DNA from: Octopus bimaculoides
Lineage: Eukaryota
Reading direction: 5' to 3'
DNA length: 64,000 nucleotides
Assembly: GCF_001194135.2 (NCBI RefSeq)
Contig: NC_068989.1
Coordinates: 6,360,547 to 6,424,546 of the forward strand
The notes under the pieces are model-generated. The model was given only the letters and a program-made list of their open reading frames with translations. It searched no databases and was not told where the DNA came from. Made by a program: the position numbers and the translations under genes. Shown piece by piece: positions 39,729 through 53,289 of the stretch. Position 1 is the stretch's first letter. The number at the start of each line of letters is the position of its first letter.

Positions 39729-39925
39729 TGTGTTTGTGTCTATGTTTGTCCCCCTCCCATCACTTGACAACCAATGCTGGTGCATTTACGTAACCTAGCT
39801 GTTCGGCAAAAGAGACCAATGGAATAAGTACTAGGCTTACAAAGAATAAGTCCTGGGGTCGATTTGCTCAACTAAAGGCAGTGCTCCAGCATGGCCACAG
39901 TCAAACGACTAAAACAAGTAAAAGA
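39474..39925 (+). mobile_element. SINE family A, full length
   Basis: ggtgcaggagtggctgtgtggtaag...gcatggccacagtcaaacgactaaaacaagtaaaag. Confidence 0.9.
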
Positions 39926-39947
39926 ATACTATCACACATACATGCAC

Positions 39948-39982
<35 letters not shown>

Positions 39983-39988
39983 GCAACC

Positions 39989-40021
<33 letters not shown>

Positions 40022-40113
40022 TGCTTACAATCATACATACATTCATCTCATCTAATCAGATAGTTTGGCTTAGTCTATGGCCATATCCCATTGCACAATG
40101 AGATGTAAGCAGT

Positions 40114-40407
40114 CAGTAGCAGACTGGGTCTAAAAATATTGGTTGCCAGGGGACTAAGGGGGCCCACCCGCAACTACAATGCTATCATTTAATTTTTTTT
40201 TTTTGTTAAAAATATTCTTTTCAACTGACTACAAACACAGCCAGGCTGAAATAATTAATGCGTTCTTCCAGGAGTCAATAAAAAATTCTCAAACTTGAAG
40301 GGATGGGCTCCTTAGATACTAACATGGAGCCCCCCATATATGGGTTCTAATGGCGCAGGGGCCCACTTGCCATTGGGCAAGCTGGCAACCTGGCCAGTCC
40401 GTCACTG
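40114..40407. mobile_element. hAT-like MITE (294 bp)
   Basis: TIRs cagtagcagactgg / ccagtccgtcactg; 8-bp TSD taagcagt / tatgcagt (7/8). Confidence 0.75.
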
Positions 40408-41398
40408 TATGCAGTATGTCACCAAAGTCTGTCCAAACACCAAATAGAATGGAGCATCCCCATATGAACAGCTCTCGAAACAAAACAAATTGAATAACAA
40501 ATGGTTTTTCTGAATATATTTTACAAACAACTTGCACATGCAAGTGCTACCAGTTAAAGGCTCCACATACCGGAAGCCAGCAAGTGTATGGGGTCATCAG
40601 GAGAGAATGTGCACCGCTTCAGGGCCTACCTGTCGATGGCATCATTGCGTGCCGGCCACACCGTCACTGGAATGAGGGCTCACTTGCTAGATCAACTGGT
40701 TATCAGATACAGCTCAGTTTTCTTCTAGCTATTGCTCATCGTCTCTTTTTAACCAAATCCAGTGGCTTGCCTTCTCCACTCTCATAATTAAACTCTCATA
40801 ATGAGCTGAAATCCATGAACCATGAAGAGTCTACAAACATATACATTGCTCCAGTCTGCTTGGCTGGCAGAAGCGAGTAATCCTATGATGGAGTGGCATC
40901 CCATCCAGGTGGAAAGTATATACACCACGAAACCAAGAAACCAGGAAACCACCCCCTATGAACTGTTATGATGAATGGTACTAGTTCCAATCAATGGAAC
41001 CGGCTGCTCATCAAATTAACATGCAAGTGGCTGAGCACACCACAGATGCACACTCTTAAGAGCAATTCAGTCTGGGTTGATATTTATGCATTTGCTATTG
41101 ATGATGGGCAAATAAAAAAAACCATTTCAGACTTTTAAGAGGAATTTGGGTTAGCTTGGAATGGAATACTCATATTCATATGTATTTTAATTCCTCATGC
41201 AATGAACAATTTGCTTAATGAACAGAACCCCAGAATGGATCATATTCATATAAAGACAGACCAGAAATCCCACAAAAACAGAAACCTGAAATAAAACTTT
41301 ACAGAAAATTGTTGTAAATTTAGAAAATTGAGTGGCAAACCTGTTCAAGTAAGAACACCAATTCTTTTTCAAATATCACTGATTTAAAAACAGTTTTT

Positions 41399-41429
41399 AC
41401 TCACCTGTAAATAGAAAAGAAAGAGAAAC
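41399..41429 (-). other. Candidate recursive splice site (3'SS directly abutting a 5'SS)
   Basis: Minus strand tttctctttcttttctatttacAG|GTGAGT; all three frames after the AG stop within 7 codons. Confidence 0.4.
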
Positions 41430-41497
41430 TTTATAGAAAAGGTTTATATACAGTTTATCATATTTCACAAACTGAAAAATAAAAACATACATGCACA

Positions 41498-41760
41498 TCA
41501 TCATCACCGTTTAACGTCCGCTTTCCATGCTAGCATGGGTTGGACGATTTGACTGGGGACTGGCAAACCAGATGGCTACACCACACTCTAATCTGATCTG
41601 GCAGAGTTTCTGCAGCTGGATGCCCTTCCTAACGCCAACCACTCCGAGAGTGTATTGGGTGCTTTTTATGTGCCACTGACATGAGGGCCAGTCCGACGGT
41701 ACTGGCAACAGCCATGCTCAAATGGTGTTTTTTTACATGCCACCTGCACAAGAGTCAGTC
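41498..41760 (-). mobile_element. SINE family C
   Basis: cgtttaacgtccgctttccatgctagcatgggttggacg...gcccttcctaacgccaaccactccgag. Confidence 0.9.
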
Positions 41761-42479
41761 CAATGTTTTGTTCACACACATATATACACTTTGTAAAGCA
41801 TTTTGGACACCTCATCATTTCCTCCACCTTGTGAGAAAAAATCTGTATGCTCAGAGACAGACATAAATAAATACACTTGTATATTCTCACTTAGATTCTT
41901 TTATTCTTTCACTTGTTGCAGCTCAAGAGCTGTGGCCATGCTGGGGCACTGCCATTAACAATTGGTCAACAGCCCCTACAAGGAAACGAGCTCTGTACTG
42001 GACTCTGTACTCAAATTTCTGCTGAGTATTCTACACCAATGAACTAAACACCCTCTGATACTATCACTTTGTATACACAATACGCAATCACCCTACCAAA
42101 TGCACAAACACACGCATACACATACATATAAACAAAGTTAAACACACACAACTACAAACGTTAGGTCATACATACACGCTTTTCACTAAGTTATGCATAC
42201 AAGCAATTACCCTCAAGGATATACACACAAACAACTACACACATACACACACACACACAACTACACAATTAAACTTGTACACATCAGAATCGTCAATGCT
42301 AAACCATTATTCAAATTAGGAAGAAATTAGTGTCTGTGTGAGGGCGGCACTAATGAGCTGACATCAATTGTTCCATAATTTCTGATATTTGGAATAAAAC
42401 AAATGGTATTTCTAATTTCTATCAGCTCATAGCATAACCCCTCACCCACCTTCTACACTCATCATCTCTTCTTCCTAAT

Positions 42480-42990
42480 AGCATCAGCATCAGCATCAAC
42501 ATCACCACCACCCTAAAATCAGCATCATCAACTACATCAATATCATCACCACCACCATCATCACCACCACTGTCACCACAACTACCACCACACTGTCACC
42601 ACCACTGTCACCACAACTACCACCACCACCGCCATCATGAACATCATCACTATCACCACTACCACCACCACCACCACTACCACCATCATTATCATCATCA
42701 CCACCACCATTATCACCACGACCACCACCACCATCATCATCCATATCACAACCGCCACCACCACCACCACCACCATCATTATCATCATCATCACCACCAC
42801 CATTACCACCACCATCACCACCACCACCACCACCATTACCACCACCATCGTCCACATCACCATAATCGCAACCGCTGTTCCACCACAACCACCACCACCA
42901 CCACCATCATTATCATTATCACCACCACCACTACCACCAACATCACAACCGCTGTTCCACCACCACCACCATCACCACCACCACCACAGC
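42480..42990. repeat. Degenerate (CAC/CAT)n tract
   Basis: Direct inspection. Confidence 0.9.
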
Positions 42991-43189
42991 AGACTGTCTC
43001 ATGGTATTTAGATACGGCTTTTTATCTTCTGAGTTCAAATTGTGCCTGTCAAGTCTGTCTTTCATGCTTTTGGGGTTAATGAAATAAAGTACCGTTCAAA
43101 AAGTGATTGCAATGAAGTTGATTAACCCTCAACCCCACTATCACTACAATCAAACACACACATTCATGCACTCGTTCACACACACACGT

Positions 43190-43562
43190 TGTTCTGTTTG
43201 TTCCTTCTCGAGCCATGCCTGGCTCATAAGGGCCAGTTTCCCGGTTNNNNNNNNNNCTTCTCGAGCCATGCCTGGCTCATAAGGGCCAGTTTCCCGGTTT
43301 CATTGGTATATATGTTCCCCACCTGGATGGGACGCTGGTCTGCTGGTCCGTCACAGGTGAGCTGCTGGATGCAGGAAGAAATAGTGAGAGAAAGTTGTGG
43401 CGAAAGAGTCAGCAGAAGTTTCGCCATTACCTTCTGCCAGAGCCACATGGAGCTTAGGTGTTTTGCTCATAAACACACACATCACCCGGTCTGAGATTTG
43501 AACCTGCGATCCCTCGACTGTGAGCTCTGCTGCTCTAACCACTTGGCCATGTGCCTCCACTG
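43190..43562 (-). mobile_element. SINE family F (tRNA head; conserved-domain-like body)
   Basis: Minus strand: tggccaagtggttagagc A box, ggttcaaatct B box, body acctgtgacggaccagc..gtcccatccagg...gaaaccgggaaactggcc; 43205-43300 is duplicated across a 10-N gap. Confidence 0.8.
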
Positions 43563-43683
43563 CTCAAACACATGCACACACATATTACATTGTGATTCAG
43601 ATCTGTAGGTTAAAATAGTACTCACTGTCAGAGAAGATAATTATGAATAATTATGAATAATTATGAATATATAACCCATTCTG

Positions 43684-43833
43684 CTGAGTGGTTGGTGTTA
43701 GGAAGGGCATCCAGCTGTAAAAATCCTGCCAAAACAGTCAGAGAAGTATGGTACAGGCTTCTGCCTGAGCAACCCTTGTGGTACTGTCCCACTCATGCTA
43801 GCATGGAACACGGACATCAAATGATGATGATGA
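43684..43833 (+). mobile_element. SINE family C 3' part
   Basis: gagtggttggtgttaggaagggcatccagctgtaaaa...catgctagcatgg...(gat)n. Confidence 0.8.
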
Positions 43834-44511
43834 TGATGATAAAGTTGTTCTTAAATGCAATTAATATTTACAATGTGCTCACAATGTTTCTCATGAACTC
43901 ATCAGTATGTTGAGTTAATACGGATCGAAAGATGACAGATGAAAATAAATGGGTTAATATAGCAGGAGAGTGAAAATCAAAAGCAACCCACACAAACACA
44001 AAAGAGACATTAATGCTAAAACATTGCTGATGTTAGATTTACACTTGTTAAACGAGCTGAATGGAAATGTAAAAGATTTTTATGAATGGAGTAGTTACAA
44101 ACATGAATGTATTTACACACAACTAATTGTGTTTCCCACACAATTGTTGATGGTGTGGGAAAAATTGATCAGCATGTAATATTCGTATGACTGAAAGGTT
44201 TAATGAATGCAATTGGGAATGATTTTCTGAATGGCAATAGTATCATAGGATTCATTTGTTTGTATATGTGTGTATATTTTTATACACTTGCATACATGCA
44301 TTTGTAAGTGTATGTGTATCTATATGTATATATGCATGTGTCTCTGTGTGTGTGTAAACATGTATGTATATGTATACACACATATATAATTGTGTCCATA
44401 TATCTGACTTACTCTTGCACACTTGCGTATGCATGTTTATGCATGTGTGTGTATATACATGCACATGTGTGTAAGTATGTGTGTATGTATTTTTATGTAT
44501 ATATGCATGTC

Positions 44512-44555
<44 letters not shown>

Positions 44556-44699
44556 CACATATGGATAAGTATAAATATATATCTATGTATCTAACTCACA
44601 CAGGTACACTTGCATATGTATGCTTAGAGGTATATCATCATCANNNNNNNNNNTATGTACATGCATGTGATTACGTGCATGTAACTGTGTACATATATA

Positions 44700-45115
44700 A
44701 ATATCCATCTGTCTGTCTATCTATCTATCTATTTATCTGTTTATCAGTCAATCAATCTATGTCAGTTTATCTATCTATCAAGCTATCTATCTATATCAGT
44801 CAATCTGTCTACCTATCTATCTATCTATCTATCTGTGTCTGTCTGTCCGTCTATCTATGTTAATCTATCTGTCTGTCTGTCTGTCTGTCAATCAATCTAC
44901 CTGTCTGTCAATCAATTTATCTATCTGTCAATCCCTCTATCTGTCTGTGAATCAATCTGTCTATCTGTCTGCTTGTTTGTCTGTCTATCTATGTATATCT
45001 ATCTATGTCAATCAATCTATGTCAACCAATCATTCTATCTATCTGTCAATGGATTTATCTACCTATCTATTTGTCCATCCATCTATCTATCTATCTATCT
45101 ATCTATCAATTTGTC
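44700..45115. repeat. (TCTA/TCTG/TCAA) tetranucleotide array
   Basis: Direct inspection. Confidence 0.9.
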
Positions 45116-45284
45116 TGCATCGGTTGTCAAGCGATGTTGGGGGAACAAACAGACGCACAAACATATACACACACACATACATACATATATATATATATGC
45201 ATATATACCTGGCACACAGTCACTTCTCTCACTTCTATTCTCTCTTTCAGCTGAGAGGTCTTTGTCTTGAAAGATTCTTGGCCA

Positions 45285-45588
45285 CTCCACTGGTGCTGGT
45301 GCCACATAAAAAGAACCTGTGTTGGTGCCACAGGAAAAGCATCCGTGCTGGTGCCATGCAAGAAGCATTCATTCTGGTGCCATATGATAAAAAGTATCCA
45401 TGCTGTCCCTTGTCAAAAGCACCCAGTACACTCTGTAAAGTGGTTGGCATTATGAAGGGCATCCAGCCATAGAAACCCTACTAAAACAGACAAATGGAGC
45501 GTGGTGCAGTTCTCCAGCTTGTTAGCTCTTGTCAAACCATCTAACCCATGCCGCCAGCATGGAAAACAGACGTTAAGTAATGATGATG
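45285..45588 (+). mobile_element. SINE family C
   Basis: gtgccacataaaaag repeats, aaaagcacccagtacactctg...cagcatggaaaacagacgttaag. Confidence 0.75.
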
Positions 45589-46386
45589 ACAAAAATGGTG
45601 ACGAGGTATTAAAAGCATCAATAGTTACAATATGGAAGCCCTTAGCTTTTGTGTGAAGTAGATAGGCGTACGTGAAATATGCTTTGGTTGTTAAATTACA
45701 CACATCATCCTCAAGAACAAGAATGCCAACAACAAAAGCGTCAACAACAACAACAATAACAAGAAAAAAAATCCCAAGATCAAACACTAAAACGAATGTT
45801 CGTTTATTTACTTATAACGATGCCCTCCTCCCTTCCATATTTATTAGCCGTGGCAGATTTAGACTGACGGATGGTGGTGGTGGTGGTGGGGTTTCGGCGA
45901 GGAGGGGGGGGGCAGGTTTCAATCACTTAATATCTAAGGAATTTGGGGGTCTTTGGAGACAGACAGACAGACAGGCTGACAGGCAGACAAACAGGCAGAC
46001 AGAGAGATAATTTTGAGTGATTTCATTGTTGTTGTTTGTTGTTCTTTTGTTGCTATTGAATTTTTATCTTTAGTTTTTTTTTCTTGTTGTTTTTTTAAAA
46101 TTTTGTTCAAGATTTATAGCGCTATTGTTGTTGTTGTTGTTGTTGTTGTCTCTTATCACTATTATTGTTGTTGTTGTTTATTGCTGTTGTTTGTGTATTC
46201 TCTTTTTTTTTTGTTGTTTCTTGTTGTTTTTTTTTCTTTTTTTTTTATCACTTAGGAAAAAGTAATTCCGGAACTATTTCATAGAGTTTTTGCATTTGTT
46301 GTTGTTTGTTGTTGCTTCTCTTGTTTTTCTGGTTGTTGTTGTTTGTTGTCGTTGCTTTTGTTTATGATGTTGTTATTGTTGCCTCA

Positions 46387-46417
<31 letters not shown>

Positions 46418-47066
46418 TGTTGCAGTAAACAATAATGTAATGTAAATAAACGAGTGATACAAATTAAATTTGTCTCTCTTAGAACTTTGAACGCTATAAT
46501 GGTTTTTGACTGACAGTGATGCAGATATTGGTAAAGGAGGTGGTGGCAGCGGCAGCAGCGACGTTGGTGGCGGTGGTGGTTTTGGTAGTGGTGGTGGTGG
46601 TGGTGGTGGTGGTCTGAGTAGTAGTGGCCTCTGTGCTATCAGAAGTCATCTAGGTGTTATTGTTCTTGTGGTGGTGGTCGTCGTTCAAGTGCTCCAAGAG
46701 GTAATGGTTTGGGTGTTAGCGGAAAGGATTTTGGTAACATGAATGTTGTTCTTGGTGTGAAAGCTGAGGTGGTGATGCTGCTGGTGGTGGCAGTGGCGAT
46801 GGTGATGATGGTGGTGGTGNNNNNNNNNNNNNNNNNNNNNNNNNNNNNNNNNNNNNNNNNNNNNNNNNNNNNNNNNNNNNNNNNNNNNNNNNNNNNNNNN
46901 NNNNNNNNNNNNNNNNNNNNNNNNNNNNNNNNNNNNNNNNNNNNNNNNNNNNNNNNNNNNNNNNNNNNNNNNNNNNNNNNNNNNNNNNNNNNNNNNNNNN
47001 NNNNNNNNNNNNNNNNNNNNNNNNNNNNNNNNNNNNNNNNNNNNNNNNNNNNNNNNNNNNNNNNNN

Positions 47067-47440
47067 ATGCTGTTGTTAAGCCTTGCGAGTAGATTTGGTA
47101 GGTGGAGACTGAAAAGAAGCCTGTCATATATGTATATGTGTCTATGTGTGTATGTGTGTGTGTACATGTGTGTGTCTGTGTGTGTTTGTGTGTTCATGTA
47201 TGTGAGTGTGTGCATTTGTGTGTGTGAGAATATATATGTGAGAGTGTGTGTATGTGTGTTTGTGCATGTGTGAGTATGTGTGTGTGTGTATATATGAGTG
47301 TATGTGTATGTGTGTATGTGTGCATCAATGTGTGTGTATGTGTGTATTCTTTGTCCTGCAACACCACTTGACAACTGGTGGTGGTGTGTTTACATTCCCA
47401 TAACTTAGCAACTCAGCAAAAGAGACCAACAGAATAAACA
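47067..47440 (+). mobile_element. SINE family A, degenerate with expanded internal GT tract
   Basis: gccttgcgagtagatttggtag...gaaaagaagcctgtc...cacttgacaactgg...gcaaaagagaccaacagaataa. Confidence 0.75.
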
Positions 47441-47499
47441 GATGATGAATGTGATGCTGTGTTAGTGATGATGTGACAGAGATCATTGTATTGGTGGTG

Positions 47500-48010
47500 T
47501 TATTGTAGCTTAACCTCAAGTCAGCCCAAACAAAGCAAACCTGTGGTCAAAGGAATTCCAGCCATGACCATACAGTCTTATCCATGAACATCTAGGACAG
47601 TATTGTCCAAGGTGCCCTTCTCTTTTTCAAGATGTTGGGGTCTGATTTGGGGAGGTTACCCACTATTTTTAGCACATAAAGGATCCTTTGTTTTTGCTGC
47701 TGTTGTAGCTGTTTAGCCCTGAGTCAGCCTTGATTAGGCAGCCTTATGATCAAAGACATTCCAAATTTTGACCATCTCCTCTCGTCTTATGAGCAAGAAA
47801 CTCCGAACCATGCTAACCAATATGGCTTTTTCTCAGATAGCAGGATGTGTTTTGAGGGAGATTTGGTGGCTGGTTTTAGCAGATAACCAACCAAACAACT
47901 TGTTATCATTGTTGGCCCTTACAAATCAGAGCTATAATTAAAAAAATCCAATCACGACCATCCTGTCTGATTTTGCCTAACATTATCCAATGTGACCATT
48001 TTCTAAAGTG
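47500..48010 (-). mobile_element. Cluster of family G repeat fragments ((AAC)n-tailed)
   Basis: Three related segments containing ttagccc..agtcagcc...atgatcaaagacattcca...gaccatc and gagatttgg..gct; related pieces at ~10520, ~33530 and ~60190. Confidence 0.5.
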
Positions 48011-48099
48011 AGGGGATGTAAATGGAAGAAAATTTGGTTGAATTTTCTAACCGGTCAGACGACCACAGAGTTACCTTTACTTTTGGTTTCACAATGATG

Positions 48100-49157
48100 A
48101 TGATGAAGCCTATGATGATGGTGATGATGATGATGTTGATAGTGGTGGTGATAATGACAGCCATACCATGGTGTGGGTGGTGCTGGTGCCGGTTGCCATG
48201 GGGATGATTACAGGTAGTAAATTATTGTTGATTGTAATCATGGAAGTTGTGATGGTGGTGGTAGGAGTGATAGAAGTGGGGGAGAGAGAGAGCAGTGGTA
48301 GTGGCAGTGATGGCAGAGGTGGCGACTGTAGCGGCAGCAGTGTTGGTAGTGGTGGTGGTGGTAGTGATTGTGGTGGTAGTAAAGTTAGTGGTGATTCTGG
48401 TGGTGGCGGTGATGTTAGCATTGTTGTTATTGTTGGTGCTGTTGTTGTTGGTGGTGGTAGTGTTGGAGGTAGGAGTGGTGGGGGTATTGGTGGTAGTGTT
48501 GGCTGGTTGGTTCTGTCTCCTTATAACTGCTATTTTAATTTATTCTGCACAGAAATTAAGCAACAGCAAGAATTATCATTCATAACAGCAAAGAAGACAC
48601 ATTACCCAATCACTACAAGAACACAAACAAATGATGACGACGACAACAACAACAACAACAACAACAACAACCACCACCACAGCAGCAGCATCTATTGTTT
48701 GTGATGATAAACAACAAACAAACTAGCATAGAACAGTAACAGCATCAAAAATCAATAACAACAATATAAACAATAAGATAAATAACAAACAATAACAGCG
48801 TAAATAAAAACAACATGAAAAATAACAACAACAATTATTGTTTCTAAGAAGACAAATTATCATCCAGACAATAACAACACAAACAACAGTAATAACAATA
48901 AGCAAAACAACAACAGCAGCAGCAACAAGAATTATAATTTTCTGACAATAATAAGAAGACACATTATTATACACTAAACTACAATAAGAGCAACAACAGG
49001 AAAAACAACAGCAACAAAAACAATCACTTTCACTTTCACTTTCACCTTAACCGCCCCCATCAGCGCAACAACAATAACAACTGCAATTATCGTTCAATGA
49101 CAATGAAAAGACACATCGTTTACTACAATAACAAAATCAATAACAACTACTACTACA

Positions 49158-49201
<44 letters not shown>

Positions 49202-49210
49202 GACTACATC
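48100..49210. repeat. (GGT/GAT), (AAC) and (TAC) trinucleotide tracts
   Basis: Direct inspection. Confidence 0.85.
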
Positions 49211-49604
49211 TACTTTTAGGTTTATCAGAAAATTATTAAGATTGTGTGTAACAAAATGGAGAGAGAGAGAGAGTCATCCAGAAAGAGAGAAATAAGATAG
49301 TGATGGTCATGGGTGGGGGGAGCTGTGGTGGGGAAAAAGGGTGGATGAAAGTAGAGGAAGGGTGGATGAAGGTGAGGGGGAGTGTGGACTGTGGGAGAAT
49401 CAGGATGGATGAAAGGAGAAAGGAGAAAGGATAAAGAGGAGATGGAGGGGTAGGAAGGGTGGATGGTGGTGGAAAGACAGAGGGAATGGAAGGAGGAGAG
49501 AGAGTGAAAGAAAGAGAGAGAAAATGTTAAGAAGAAGCAAAAAGAGAGAGAGAGAGAGAGCAAGAGAGAGTGAGAGAGAGGCAGACAGAAAGAGAGAGAG
49601 AGTC

Positions 49605-49649
<45 letters not shown>

Positions 49650-49899
49650 GCTAAACAGACAGAGAGACAATAAGTTATATGATGGAACAGTGAGAAAAGC
49701 TTTGAAAGAAATGAAAATGTCAATCAGAAAGAGACTGATAGATTTTATAGTTGTTAAGGGAATCGATAAATCACCCCCACCCCCACCCCCCACACACAGA
49801 GTAAAACATGGTTTGTTGGGAAGGTCTATGTCCACAAATACAATAAGTATATGAAATTCAAAATGAGAAATAAATAAATTGCCATGAGGAAGTGAAAGC

Positions 49900-50120
49900 A
49901 GGTGGCCTGGTGGTAAGGGTGTTGCACTCAGGATTGTAAGATTGTGGTTTCAATTCCTGGACTTGGTGGCACATTGTGTTCTTGAGCAAAACACTTCATT
50001 TCATGTTGCTCCAGTCCACAGGACTCAAGCAATGGTTCGACATCCTATCCAGGGAGTGTGTTGTGGATTTCGGTCACTTGTATGCCAAAGAAACTAGGGA
50101 ACCAGCCTTACAAGTCCTAC
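49900..50120 (+). mobile_element. SINE family D, partial
   Basis: gtggcctggtggtaagggtg A box, ggtttcaattcc B box, tgtgttcttgagcaaaacacttcatttcatgttgctccagtccac. Confidence 0.75.
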
Positions 50121-50729
50121 AGCTTGAGACAGAATGCTCATGAGGAACAGATTCACGAATTCATCCAAGACATTCATCCTTTTACTCCACCATCAGCAGA
50201 TTATTTCTCATGGGATTGGACGTGGCTAACGAGACCGATATGAGATCAGCAGTTCCTGTGGTATTGAGAGCCCTGAGAGAGACCTTCAACAAAAACCACA
50301 GGGTGATGTTGATGATGGCTCCTCTTTTCTTCATGTGGTCTTTTGCACTGCACTGAAACAAACGTGAAACCATGTATGCATTCGTGTGCATGCATGTGTG
50401 TGTGAGCATGCATGTATGTGTTTGTGTGTGTGTGTCTGTTTAGTGTTGATTGTTGGAACAAAAGTGTATTCAACACCATGGTAGAAATCAATAATAAATC
50501 TTATTGTGGCCGAGGCAAAAAAATTATTTTACTTTTGCCTCTGTGTGTAAACAAGATCTTCAGGTAAGTTACAAGTTGTGAGAAGTAACTTGCTTGAAGA
50601 CCATGTGTACCCACGGGCAAAATTTAAGGAAGCAAGGGACTAACTTGACCAGAATAAAATACAGGGAGTTCAAAAAGTCTCTACGCAGGGATTGCTGTAT
50701 ACACACTGGCCCTCAGATGTTTATGATAA

Positions 50730-51020
50730 TGAGAGTTACAGTTGATCTGATCAACAGGACAGCCTACTCATGAAATTAACGTGCAAGTGGCTGAGCACTC
50801 CACAGACACATGTACCCTTATGATAGTTCTCAGGGAGATTCAGCGTGACAGAGAATGTGAGACAGCTGGCCCTTTGAAATACAGATACTACTTATTTTTG
50901 ACAGCTGAGTGGACTGGAGCAACGTGAAATAAAGAGTCTTGCTCAAGGACACAACATGCTGCCAGAGATCAAACTCATGATCTTACGTGTGCCAAATACC
51001 TTGAGCCATGTGCCTTCATT
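50730..51020 (-). mobile_element. SINE family D
   Basis: gtgcaagtggctgagcactccacag...gagtggactggagcaacgtgaaataaagagtcttgctcaaggacacaac, the reverse of the 49900 copy body. Confidence 0.8.
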
Positions 51021-51070
51021 ATCATCATCATTGTTTAACATCCGCCTTCCATGCTAGCATGGGTGGGACA

Positions 51071-51124
<54 letters not shown>

Positions 51125-51829
51125 ATGTGTATATATATATACTCATGCACATATACATGTGATTCTGAGAGTCTGTGAGTCAGTGTGTTTGTGTGTTTCT
51201 GCCTTTATATTTTTATTTCCATCAATTATGACAAAACTTAATTTATAGATTTATTCAGGCCCAAGGAATACTTTCTAACAAATTGCAATATTTCCAACAA
51301 AATAAACACAGAAAAAAACAAACCATAAGCTATTTGCAGTAATACATATGAATACAAATGCATAGGACACACTGACACACACAATTATACAGACGAAAAC
51401 GTTCAGATAAAACCTAACACATCATAAATATCTTTATACATACGCATGAAAAAATATATGCGTTTCTACTGGCAAACACAAATGCAGACATGACCGAGAT
51501 CACACACACACACACACACAAAATTGCATAGATATTTGCACACATACAAGCGCATACATCCTAGAACAGACGTATGTGTTTGATAAATGTAACCAGTCAG
51601 ATGAGGCATTCACAAAGCATATGTGCGCACATCAATTCAAAAAAACAGACAGGGGATTTCAGAAATTATGACGGATAATAAGACAATAAAGAACAGAACT
51701 GAGAAGAGATAAAAAAAAAATAATAATAAAAAAAAACGAGTTGATTTATCTGATTGAAATTCAGAATATCTGATGTATAGACAACTTTGGTTAATGTGGG
51801 AATAACAGCATTGGAAATTCTGTATTATA

Positions 51830-51940
51830 ATCAGACTGGAGCCTGGTGTTGCCATCCGGTTTCACCAGTCCTCAGTCAAATCGTCCAACCCATGCTAGCA
51901 TGGAAAGCGGACGTTAAACGATGATGATGATGATGATGAA
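51830..51940 (+). mobile_element. SINE family C 3' end
   Basis: tcagactggagcctggtgttgcc...catgctagcatggaaagcggacgttaaac(gat)n. Confidence 0.85.
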
Positions 51941-52165
51941 GAACAACCAACATCAAGATTTCTAAATTAGAGCTGCAGGTATGATATATATCTATATNNN
52001 NNNNNNNATATATAGGTTTGTGATGCAAACAGGAAAAATAGAACTCAAAATATGAGTATATATATATATATATATATGTATATATTATTATTATTATTAT
52101 TAATATTTAGCAGAAAAGCAACCCAAGAGCTAAGAGTTTCATGTGTTAACACTTATCAAACACAC

Positions 52166-52212
<47 letters not shown>

Positions 52213-53039
52213 TGTGTGTGGATAGGTAGATATAGATAGATATTAATAGATGAATGGTTGGGTAGATAGATAAATGGGTAGATAGATAGATAGATAGATA
52301 GATACATAGGTAGATAGATAGATAAATAGAGGGTAATGTGTCAGGGGAATATGGGTGATGGTAAGATAGGATTGAATAGAGATGAATCCAATTTTTACTC
52401 AGAAGGCATAATGGAAGAGAGATAGAGGGCCAGGAATGAATGGGTGAGTGAGGCCTAACTCAAGAGACTCAACGGCCCTAAGTCCATCTAACCCACTGGT
52501 TTTCAACCATTTGTTTTTCCATAAGGACCCCTTTGGTTCTGCTTCCAAACCACTTTGTTCTGGGCTCAGTCCAACTGTATGGCACTCTTGGATGAAGGTC
52601 TTCTACCATAGTCTCAGGCCGACCCTGGGATTTGATTTGGAAGATGGAAGCTGAAAGAAGTTAGGTGCAGGTGTGAGGTAAGAAGTTTGCTTCCCAACTA
52701 TGTGGTTCCAGGTTCAGTCCTACTGCATGGTGGTACTTTGGGCCGCAAGCTGACCAAAGCCTTGAGCATATGTTAGGTAGACAGAAACTGAAAGAAGCTG
52801 GTGGCGTATATATGTATATACTAGATGTTGGACCTGGCATTGGTTGTGTTTTTCATGTTGAAGTTAAGCCCATCTCTGACCTTGTATTGAGTAAGCATTT
52901 CTTTAGGGACTATTCTATTGATTTTGTTGAAATCTTACTCGTGAAAAGAAAATGCAAAAGCTGCAGGAAACATAATGTCGTTATGGGAATTTCCAATCAA
53001 ACGCCTGATTGAGCTCACAAACATCAATGCCAACTGAGG

Positions 53040-53185
53040 ATTAGTGAGATTTCGAAAAATTTGAAACTTCAGGGCATGCGATTTACTTATGTGCCAAAAA
53101 TCATTAAAATCGGTTGAACAGTGTGGGAGGAGTTAGAGTAACCCCAAACACATAGACAGACAGACACCATTACACATTTATGTAT
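53040..53185 (+). mobile_element. Possible Helitron/Helentron-associated element 3' end
   Basis: aaaaatcattaaaatcggttgaacagtgtgggaggagttag...acagacagacac...tttat pattern resembles DINE/HINE-type ends. Confidence 0.3.
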
Positions 53186-53189
53186 ATGG

Positions 53190-53274
<85 letters not shown>

Positions 53275-53289
53275 TCTCTCTCTCTTGGT

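Noticed and set aside
42532-43011. Gly/Asp-, Thr- and His-rich ORFs (also 33176, 48168, 61661, 62669)
   Set aside because: Degenerate trinucleotide tracts open in several frames and on both strands, with no splice or domain support.
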